39,165 nucleotides of DNA from Solirubrobacteraceae bacterium (GTDB lineage: Bacteria; Actinomycetota; Thermoleophilia; Solirubrobacterales; Solirubrobacteraceae). Below, piece after piece: positions 32,679 to 39,165 of the stretch. Under the pieces are notes generated by a model that did not search any database, had not been told where the DNA came from, and saw only the letters and a program-made list of their open reading frames with translations. A program made the position numbers and the translations under genes. Location of the stretch: positions 1 through 39,165 of the forward strand of contig JBEKSK010000002.1 of assembly GCA_049517155.1 (NCBI GenBank), given 5' to 3'. Numbering within the stretch: the first letter of the stretch is position 1; the number at the start of each line of letters is the position of its first letter.

Positions 32679-33244
32679 CCGGCGCTGGCGCCCGCGCCGA
32701 CCGTGGCGCCCGGTGTCGCGCAGGAGCGAAGGCCGTAGGTCGCCGCATCGGCGCCGACCGGGCTCACCCGCAGCGCAGCTTCGGCGCTCGCCACCCCGCC
32801 GCTATCGCCTCGCTTCGCGGCCGCCGCGAGGTCGGTGTACTCGCCAACCGCCCGGGCGAGCGCCCGGAGGTAGCGCCCGAGTGCGGCACGCTCGCTCGCC
32901 TTCTCGCTGGGACGTCGCAGCGCCCGAAGCGAACCCGACTCCGCGCGCACGAACGGCAGCGCATCGGCCAGGTAGCCCGCGAGCCCCCGCAGCTTCTGCG
33001 CCGCGGAGTCGCCCGAATCCGGCGGCGCGATCAAGCGCACCTTGCGCACCGTACTCGCACAGATCGCATTGGCGCGAGCGGTGAAGTCAGCCTTCGTGTA
33101 GCTGCCGCAGCCGCACAGGAGCACGGCGAGCGCGATCACGGCAAGGGCTCGTCCGGCGTGGCGCACACGGCTCGAGCATGGAGCCAGCCGCGCAACTCGC
33201 GCCGGTGCCGGCCCGGCGCCTGGCCACAAGCGCCAACCGCTCAC
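32675..33244 (-). CDS. Putative lipoprotein of unknown function.
   Basis: Lipobox-like LAVLLCGCGS after a hydrophobic stretch. The true start is probably internal (VRHAGRALAVIAL...). It is the last gene of the moa operon, and its stop codon overlaps the tupC stop convergently. Confidence 0.55.
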   Translation of the reverse strand: MSGWRLWPGAGPAPARVARLAPCSSRVRHAGRALAVIALAVLLCGCGSYTKADFTARANAICASTVRKVRLIAPPDSGDSAAQKLRGLAGYLADALPFVRAESGSLRALRRPSEKASERAALGRYLRALARAVGEYTDLAAAAKRGDSGGVASAEAALRVSPVGADAATYGLRSCATPGATVGAGASAG

Positions 33245-33247
33245 CTG

Positions 33248-33727
33248 CTAGTGCTCGCTGCGCACATCCGCCATCAGCGCCACGGCGTGCGGCAGCGCAT
33301 CGGCAATCGCCGCGGCGGCCTGCTCGATCGACCGCGGCGAGCCGGGGAAGTTGATGATCAGCGTCGCGCCGCGAATGCCCGCCACGCCCCGCGAGAGCAG
33401 CCAGTGCTTGGTGTGCGCCCGCGACGCTTCGCGCATCGCCTCGGCGATACCCGGCACCTCACGTTCGATCACGCTCCGTGTCGCCTCCGGCGTGACATCG
33501 CGCGGGGCGACGCCGGTACCGCCGGTCGTCAGCACCAGCGCGCATTGATCGACGTCGCTGAGGTGGCGCAGCCGCCCCGCGATCATCCCCAGCTCGTCGG
33601 AGATCACCTCGCGCGCGACGACCTCGCCGCCGATGCCCACGGCGAACTGCTCGAGGCGATCGCCGCTCTCGTCGCCGCCCACTCCCGCCGCCCGCGACGT
33701 GCTGACCGTGATGATCGCCACACGCAC
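33248..33727 (-). CDS. moaB: MoaB/MogA family molybdenum cofactor biosynthesis protein.
   Basis: MRVAIITVSTSRAAG...DQCALVLTTGGTGVAPRDVTPEAT...PGSPRS, the canonical MoCF_biosynth domain. Confidence 0.85.
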   Translation of the reverse strand: MRVAIITVSTSRAAGVGGDESGDRLEQFAVGIGGEVVAREVISDELGMIAGRLRHLSDVDQCALVLTTGGTGVAPRDVTPEATRSVIEREVPGIAEAMREASRAHTKHWLLSRGVAGIRGATLIINFPGSPRSIEQAAAAIADALPHAVALMADVRSEH

Positions 33728-33729
33728 GC

Positions 33730-34218
33730 TCAGCCGCCTTCTTCCAGGCGCCAGTCGTTGCGCCCACCGGTCTTCTCGAGCAGCACGACCTGCTCGACCG
33801 CCACCCCGCGCTCGAGTCCCTTGACCATGTCGTAGACGGTCAGCGCGGCGACACTACAGGCGACCATCGCCTCCATCTCGACGCCGGTGGCAGCCGACAC
33901 GGACACCTCGGAGATCAGCTCGACGAGGCCGCCCTCAACGTCCACCCCCGCGCGAACGTCGACGAAGCTGAGCGCGATCGGGTGTGCGAGCGGAATCAGC
34001 GCCGCGGTCTGCTTGGCCGCCATGATCCCGGCGAGCCTGGCGGTGCCCAGCACCTCCCCCTTCGCCACGTTGCCGGCGACGATCGCCGCGGCCGTCTCGC
34101 GCGACATGCGAACTCGCGCGCGGGCGCGCGCGCGACGTTCGCTCACCGGCTTGGAGCCGACGTCGACCATCCGGGCGTTGCCGTCAGCGTCGAGGTGCGT
34201 GAGGCGCGCGCCACTCAT
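33730..34218 (-). CDS. moaC: Cyclic pyranopterin monophosphate synthase accessory protein MoaC.
   Basis: LTHLDADGNARMVDVGSKPVSERRA...LIPLAHP...TGVEMEAM...ALTVYDM.K. The ATG overlaps the upstream stop (ATGA at 34215..34218). Confidence 0.9.
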   Translation of the reverse strand: MSGARLTHLDADGNARMVDVGSKPVSERRARARARVRMSRETAAAIVAGNVAKGEVLGTARLAGIMAAKQTAALIPLAHPIALSFVDVRAGVDVEGGLVELISEVSVSAATGVEMEAMVACSVAALTVYDMVKGLERGVAVEQVVLLEKTGGRNDWRLEEGG

Positions 34219-34892
34219 GTGCCCGCCGCGTCCGCCGGCAGCGCGACTGCCTCGCCCGCCACCCAGCGCACCTCGCCGCCGTCCAGCTCCCGCTTCCAGA
34301 TCGGTGCCTCCGCCTTGATCCGGTCGATCAGCTCACGCGCACCCGCGAAGGCGGCATCGCGGTGTGCCGCCGAGACCGCCACGACGACGCCCGGCTCCCC
34401 CAGCGCAACGCGCCCCACGCGGTGCTCGGCGGCCGCTGCCGCCAGGCCATGGCGGTGCACGCACTCCGCCGCGATCGCCGCCATGCGCTGCTCGGCCATT
34501 TCGCGATAGGCCTCATAGTCGAGAAACTCGACGTCGCGAACGGTGCCCTCGAAGGTGACGACGGCCCCGGCGCCGGGCCGGCGCACAAGCGCGGTGACAT
34601 CCGCGGGCGTGATCGGGGTCTCGCTGACGCGTACATCCGGGCCCGCGCCGCCGCTGACCGGTGGCAGCAGGGCAAGCTCGTCGCCCGCGTGCAGCGGTGT
34701 GTCCTCCCCGACCAGCTCGCGGTTGACGGCCATCCGCACCGGCAGCCGCTCGAGCAGATCGGCGAGCCGCGAGTCCTGCGCGAGCGCCGCCAGCGCGTCG
34801 CCCACGGTCGCCCCGTCAGCCAGCTCCGCCTCGATCGCGTCGGCTCCCGCGCGCTCACGCAGCTGGGCGAAAAGTCGTATCCGCAAGATCAT
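34215..34892 (-). CDS. moaDE: Fused molybdopterin synthase: MoaD (sulfur carrier) plus MoaE (catalytic subunit).
   Basis: The first ~81 aa are MoaD-like and end in ...LALLPPVSGG. A MoaE-like region follows directly (GAVVTFEGTVRD...EYEAYREMAE...VAVSAAHRDAAF...IDRIKAEAPIWK). Confidence 0.8.
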   Translation of the reverse strand: MILRIRLFAQLRERAGADAIEAELADGATVGDALAALAQDSRLADLLERLPVRMAVNRELVGEDTPLHAGDELALLPPVSGGAGPDVRVSETPITPADVTALVRRPGAGAVVTFEGTVRDVEFLDYEAYREMAEQRMAAIAAECVHRHGLAAAAAEHRVGRVALGEPGVVVAVSAAHRDAAFAGARELIDRIKAEAPIWKRELDGGEVRWVAGEAVALPADAAGT

Positions 34893-34956
34893 GACCGGCT
34901 CAGCCTACCCCGCCGCCGCCCGCGGCTCGCCGAGGTCGCCCTGTTATCTTCGCGTG

Positions 34957-35955
34957 ATGGCGGGAGGGGCGCAACTCACGGACGGCCACGGACGCGCGAT
35001 CGGCGATCTGCGCCTCTCGGTGACCGACCGCTGCGGCTTCCGCTGCCGCTACTGCATGCCGGCCGAGGGCATGCAGTGGCTCGAACGCGCGGAGCTTCTG
35101 AGCTTCGAGGAGATCGAGCGCCTCGTGCGCGTGCTGGTCGAGATGGGCGTACGCGATGTCCGCCTCACCGGCGGCGAACCGCTCCTGCGCCGCGAGCTGC
35201 CCCGCCTGGTCGCGATGCTGGCGGCGATCCCCGGGCTGAACGAGCTCGCGCTCACGACCAACGGCTACCAGCTCGAGCGCGACGCCCACGCACTGGTTCA
35301 CGCGGGCATTACGCGCTTCAACGTCTCCGTCGACTCACTCCAGCGCGAGCGCTTCAGCGAGATCACCCGCCGCGACGCGCTGGACAAGGTCCTGCGCGGC
35401 CTTGCGACGCTCGCCTCTTTCCCGCAGGCGCACCCGATCAAGGTCAACGCCGTCGCGATGCGCGGCTTCACCGAGACGGAGCTGATCCCTTTCGCCCGCT
35501 TCGCCCGCGAGCACCCCTACGAGGTCCGCTTCATCGAATTCATGCCGCTCGACGCCGACCACGCCTGGACGCCCGACGACGTGCTGAGCGGCGAGGAGAT
35601 CCGCGCGGCGATCCACGCCGTCTACCCACTCGAGCCCGAACCCCGCACGCCCAGCGCGACCTCACGAACCTTCCGCTTCGCGGACGGCCGTGGCCGGATC
35701 GGCTTCATCAACCCGGTTTCCGAGCCCTTCTGCGGCGACTGCAACAGGATCCGCGTGACCGCCGACGGCCAGCTGCGCACGTGCCTTTTCTCGCTGCGCG
35801 AAACGGACCTGCGCGCGGTGCTGCGCGGCGCTGGCGGCGACGACGAACTCGCGGCCGTACTGCGCGACGCCGTCTGGCGCAAGGAGCTCAAGCACCACAT
35901 CGGCGATCCGGGCTTCGTGCAGCCCGACCGCACGATGTCGGCCATCGGCGGCTGA
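34957..35955 (+). CDS. moaA: GTP 3',8-cyclase MoaA (radical SAM).
   Basis: From the ATG at 34957: DLRLSVTDRCGFRCRYCMP (CxxxCxxC), VRLTGGEPLLRR, and C-terminal FCGDCNRIRVTADGQLRTCLF. The upstream 138 codons of the track ORF overlap moaDE antisense. Confidence 0.9.
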   Translation: MAGGAQLTDGHGRAIGDLRLSVTDRCGFRCRYCMPAEGMQWLERAELLSFEEIERLVRVLVEMGVRDVRLTGGEPLLRRELPRLVAMLAAIPGLNELALTTNGYQLERDAHALVHAGITRFNVSVDSLQRERFSEITRRDALDKVLRGLATLASFPQAHPIKVNAVAMRGFTETELIPFARFAREHPYEVRFIEFMPLDADHAWTPDDVLSGEEIRAAIHAVYPLEPEPRTPSATSRTFRFADGRGRIGFINPVSEPFCGDCNRIRVTADGQLRTCLFSLRETDLRAVLRGAGGDDELAAVLRDAVWRKELKHHIGDPGFVQPDRTMSAIGG

Positions 35956-35957
35956 TG

Positions 35958-35987
35958 GGGTGAGTGGGTGCGGTGCACCCCTCACCC
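35958..35987. terminator. Strong hairpin between convergent moaA and moeA.
   Basis: GGGTGAG-T-GGGTGC-GGT-GCACCC-CTCACCC: 13 bp in total with a one-nt bulge and a triloop, beginning 3 nt after the moaA stop. No U-tract. Confidence 0.5.
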
Positions 35988-36023
35988 ATGCACCTCGCGC
36001 CTGACCTGACAGCGGTGGCGCTC

Positions 36024-37220
36024 TCAGAGCAGTTCGATCGTCACCTGCTCGCCGGCCGCGAGCACACCAGCGCCGGCCGGGATCAGCGCCAGCGCGTCGG
36101 CGCCCAGCATCGACGTGAGGATGTGGGAGTCCTGCGCGCCGGTCGGCGTCACATGCCAGCCGTCAGGGCGCAGCGCGAGCCGACAGCGGACCGCCTCGAC
36201 GCGCGCCGGCGTGCGCCGGCAAGCCTGATCGAGCGTCGCGACCGTCCGCCGGCGCTCCGGCGGCTCGCCGGCGAGCGCCTGCAGCGCCGGCCGCACGAAC
36301 AGCAGGAAGGTGACGAGCGACGACACGGGGTTGCCCGGCAGGCCGAACACGAGCGTCCGTTCGCGGCTGCCGAACCAGAACGGCTTGCCCGGCCGCAGCG
36401 CCACGCCCGCGAAGTGTCGCTGCACCCGCAGGCCGTCGAGAACCTCGGCCACGTGATCGTGAACACCGACTGACATTCCGCCCGTGATCACCACCGCGTC
36501 GGCCGAGAGCGCCGCAGCGATCGCCTCGCGGATCAGCGCCACCTCGTCACGGGCGTGCACGACGGAGGCGACCTGCGCGCCGGCCCGCTCGGCGAGTGCG
36601 GGGATCACGAACGCGCTCGAGTCGCGCACTGAACCGGGCGGCGGCTGCTCGTCCACGGCGACCAGCTCGTCGCCGGTGGTGACGACCGCGACGCGCGGGC
36701 GCGCTCCGGCCGACACGACCGGGCGGCCGATCGAGGCGAGCACGCCAAGCGCCGCGGGGCCGAGCCGCACACCCGGCTCGAGCACCGTCTCCCCCGCTCG
36801 CACGTCATCGCCCGCCCTGCGCACAAAGCGTCCCGCCTCGACGCCGGCCAGAAGCTCGACCGAGCTTGCGTGGCGGCGCGTCTGCTCGACTGGAACGACC
36901 GCGTCGGCGCCCGCCGGGATCGCCGCGCCGGTCGAGATCGCGCACGCCTCGCCCGCCGCGAGCACCACCGCGGACGGCGCGCCCGCCCGTGACTCAGCGA
37001 CGATCTCCAGGCGGGCCCCGGCGCCGCTGTCGGCGGCCCGGACCGCGAAGCCGTCCATCGCCGAGTTATCGAAGGCCGGCACATCTTCGGGCGCCCGGAC
37101 CTCCTCGGCCAGCACCCGCCCGAGCGCCTCGCCGAGCGCCACGCTCTGGGGCGCAAGCGGCTGCGCATGCTCGAGCACGAGGGCGCGTGCGTGCTCGAAC
37201 TCGGTCAGCTTCGTGGTCAC
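36024..37220 (-). CDS. moeA: Molybdopterin molybdotransferase MoeA.
   Basis: [39 protein letters not shown], and the PGNPVSS-type segment [16 protein letters not shown] start. Confidence 0.9.
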   Translation of the reverse strand: MTTKLTEFEHARALVLEHAQPLAPQSVALGEALGRVLAEEVRAPEDVPAFDNSAMDGFAVRAADSGAGARLEIVAESRAGAPSAVVLAAGEACAISTGAAIPAGADAVVPVEQTRRHASSVELLAGVEAGRFVRRAGDDVRAGETVLEPGVRLGPAALGVLASIGRPVVSAGARPRVAVVTTGDELVAVDEQPPPGSVRDSSAFVIPALAERAGAQVASVVHARDEVALIREAIAAALSADAVVITGGMSVGVHDHVAEVLDGLRVQRHFAGVALRPGKPFWFGSRERTLVFGLPGNPVSSLVTFLLFVRPALQALAGEPPERRRTVATLDQACRRTPARVEAVRCRLALRPDGWHVTPTGAQDSHILTSMLGADALALIPAGAGVLAAGEQVTIELL

Positions 37221-37414
37221 CGCCGAGGCACTCTATTCGCGCCCGAGCGGCGCCGAGGGCCGCCGGCGCGGGCGGGTCCGCTATCTTTGCCCGCTCCGCG
37301 GCTGCGGTTTGGGAGAGCGGTGCTCGCCCGTGTGAGCGCACGGCGCCGGCTCGCGGGCAGATGTGCTGGCGTGGCGATTTTCCGTTTGTTCCCTGTCGAG
37401 GTTCGGGAGTTTTC

Positions 37415-38623
37415 ATGAGTTCTGATTCTGGGTTTCTGTTCACGTCGGAGTCGGTCACGGAAGGACACCCCGACAAGATCGCCGACCAGGTTTCCGACGG
37501 CGTGCTGGACGCCGTGCTGAGCGATGATCCCTACGCCCGGGTGGCGTGCGAGACGCTTGTGACCACCGGGCTGGTGGTGGTTGCCGGGGAGATCACCACC
37601 TCGACCTTCGTCGACATCCCGGCGGTCGTGCGCGAGACGGTGCGGCGGATCGGCTATGACGATGCGACTGCCGGCTTCGACTGCGACACCTGCGCCGTGA
37701 TCTCCACGATCGACCGCCAGTCGCCCGACATCGCCCAGGGCGTCAGCGAGGCGTTCGAGCGCCGCGCCTCCGGATCCGGCGACGAACTGGACCTCGCCGG
37801 CGCCGGCGACCAGGGCATGATGTTCGGCTACGCCTCGGATGAGACGCCGGAGCTGATGCCCCTGCCGATCTCGGTGGCGCACCGCCTCGCCGAGCGCCTC
37901 GCAGCGGTGCGCAAGGACGGCACGCTTGGGTACCTGCGCCCGGACGGCAAGACTCAGGTGAGCGTGCGCTACGAGGGTGGCCGGCCGGTCGCGATCGAGA
38001 AGCTCCTGATCTCCACCCAGCACGCCGACGGGGTCGATTCGGAGACCCAGATCAAGCCCGATCTGTGGGAGCACGTCGTGACAGCGGTGCTGCCGGAAGC
38101 ACTCTACGACCCGTCCGCGCTGCGCCGCGACTTCCTCGTGAACCCGACCGGGCGCTTCGTGATCGGCGGCCCGATGGGCGACTGCGGGCTGACGGGCCGC
38201 AAGATCATCGTCGACACCTACGGCGGGATGGCCCGCCACGGCGGCGGCGCGTTCAGCGGCAAGGATCCTTCGAAGGTCGACCGCTCAGCCGCCTACGCCG
38301 CCCGCTGGGTCGCGAAGAACTGCGTCGCCGCCGGCCTGGCGCAGCGGCTCGAGGTCCAGGTCGCCTACGCGATCGGCGTCGCCCACCCCGTCTCGGTGAT
38401 GGTCGAGACGTTCGGCACCGAGCGCGTCGACCGTGCGAAGATCGCGGCCCTCATCGACGAGCACTTCGACCTGCGTCCCGGCGCGTTCCGCGAGGAGTTG
38501 AAGTTGCACCGGCCGATCTACCAGGCGACCGCCGCCTACGGGCACTTCGGGCGCAATCACCCCGATTTCACCTGGGAGCAGACCGGCAAGGCAGACGCGT
38601 TGCGATCCGCCGCGGGCCTATGA
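37415..38623 (+). CDS. metK: S-adenosylmethionine synthetase.
   Basis: From the ATG at 37415: [71 protein letters not shown] at 37405..37409. The upstream part of the track ORF is antisense to moeA. Confidence 0.95.
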   Translation: MSSDSGFLFTSESVTEGHPDKIADQVSDGVLDAVLSDDPYARVACETLVTTGLVVVAGEITTSTFVDIPAVVRETVRRIGYDDATAGFDCDTCAVISTIDRQSPDIAQGVSEAFERRASGSGDELDLAGAGDQGMMFGYASDETPELMPLPISVAHRLAERLAAVRKDGTLGYLRPDGKTQVSVRYEGGRPVAIEKLLISTQHADGVDSETQIKPDLWEHVVTAVLPEALYDPSALRRDFLVNPTGRFVIGGPMGDCGLTGRKIIVDTYGGMARHGGGAFSGKDPSKVDRSAAYAARWVAKNCVAAGLAQRLEVQVAYAIGVAHPVSVMVETFGTERVDRAKIAALIDEHFDLRPGAFREELKLHRPIYQATAAYGHFGRNHPDFTWEQTGKADALRSAAGL

Positions 38624-38656
38624 GCGTTTCCGCGGCGCGCGCGCCAGCCTGAGCGG

Positions 38657-39165
38657 ATGCGCGAGGAGCCCGCAGGCTCGTTGTCGCTGCCGGATCGCGA
38701 GGCGGTGCTCGAGCACGCCGCGGCGTTGATCCTGGAGACCTGGCGCTCGTTCGATACCGCTCGCGCCGGCCAGCCGCTCGCGGGCGAGCGCCACCTCGAG
38801 CTGCTGCGCGAGGCGCTGCCGCAGTTCCCCGGCGAGGCCGCGCCGGCGCTCGACGCCGCCGCTGCTGTGCTCGACGTCTCTTTGACCCAGGCGCGGCCGC
38901 GCTTCTTCGGCTGGATCGGCGGCTCCGGACTCGAGATCGGCGTGCTCGCCGACGCGCTGATGGCCTCCCACGACGTCAATGTGGCGCTGAGCGCGGGCGC
39001 CGCCACTTTGCTCGAGCGCCAGACCGTGCGCTGGGCCGGCGAGTTCGTCGGCTTCGCCACGAGCGCCGACGGATTGATGGCGGCGGGCGGCACGCTCTCC
39101 AACCTGACGGCGCTGACGGCGGCGCGCGAGCGCGCGATCCCCGGGGCGCGCTACGACGGACTCGC
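38657..39165 (+). CDS. PLP-dependent (group II-like) decarboxylase, 5' fragment running off the window.
   Basis: Own translation from the ATG at 38657: MREEPAGSLSLPDREAVLEHAAALILETW...RPRFFGWIGGSGLEIGVLADALMASHDVNV...VRWAGEFVGFATSADGLMAAGGTLSNLTALTAARE. It is absent from the ORF track because no stop codon is reached. Confidence 0.65.
   Translation, partial: MREEPAGSLSLPDREAVLEHAAALILETWRSFDTARAGQPLAGERHLELLREALPQFPGEAAPALDAAAAVLDVSLTQARPRFFGWIGGSGLEIGVLADALMASHDVNVALSAGAATLLERQTVRWAGEFVGFATSADGLMAAGGTLSNLTALTAARERAIPGARYDGL

Noticed and set aside
34893-34956. Possible Moco riboswitch upstream of moaA.
   Set aside because: Only 64 nt separate the divergent moaDE and moaA starts. That is too short for the ~130-nt Moco RNA motif plus two promoters, and I saw no extended conserved stem architecture. 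A cmsearch with RF01055 would settle this.
37221-37414. SAM-I or SAM-IV riboswitch upstream of metK.
   Set aside because: I could not find the conserved core sequences of these classes by eye. It is kept only as a low-interest candidate for an unclassified leader.
1-39165. CRISPR arrays, tRNA/rRNA genes, insertion sequences, integrases, prophage or toxin-antitoxin modules.
   Set aside because: - I noticed no regularly spaced direct repeats.
- No tRNA-like T-arm strings appear in the few intergenic regions longer than 100 nt.
- No transposase, integrase or recombinase-like translations appear in any frame.
- Composition is uniform apart from short AT-rich promoter patches, so there is no sign of a recently acquired island.

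Overview
High-GC (roughly 70%) chromosomal segment with actinobacterial-type gene content. It is densely coding, and I saw no rRNA, tRNA, CRISPR array, transposase or integrase. Many long ORFs in the track are Arg/Pro/Ala-rich antisense artefacts of the GC content. I call about 37 real genes.

Gene order, left to right:
- an orphan hybrid histidine kinase
- a minus-strand operon under a divergent TetR regulator: class IV aminotransferase, hyuA, hyuB. Both the aminotransferase and hyuB have broken reading frames.
- an erythrin-VIT1 iron transporter behind a GT39 glycosyltransferase
- two unknown membrane proteins
- an acyltransferase-3/SGNH protein
- a second GT39/PMT-like enzyme followed by an unknown secreted protein
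- dps, panE-like, gcdH and a family III CoA-transferase
- a molybdenum/tungsten cofactor island from about 20.7 to 37.2 kb: mocA, xdhC, coxE, coxD, an HTH+TOBE regulator, a Tup-type ABC importer, moaB, moaC, a moaD-moaE fusion, moaA and moeA
- metK and the 5' part of a PLP-dependent decarboxylase

The most unusual locus is the Tup-type oxyanion ABC operon at about 25.45 to 32.68 kb. Its substrate-binding protein is about 700 aa and carries three C-terminal beta-sandwich-like repeats. It is followed by a 531-aa surface protein with a roughly 140-aa Pro/Ser/Ala-rich spacer and a C-terminal membrane anchor. Next comes a translationally coupled ExbB/TolQ-like plus ExbD/TolR-like proton-channel pair that retains the transmembrane Asp. 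Two diverged tandem permeases and the ATPase complete the operon. A proton-motive-force motor wired into an ABC importer, in what looks like a Gram-positive-type genome with no recognisable TonB, is a combination I cannot match to any described system. All calls rest on reading the translations and sequence by eye. No database search was run.
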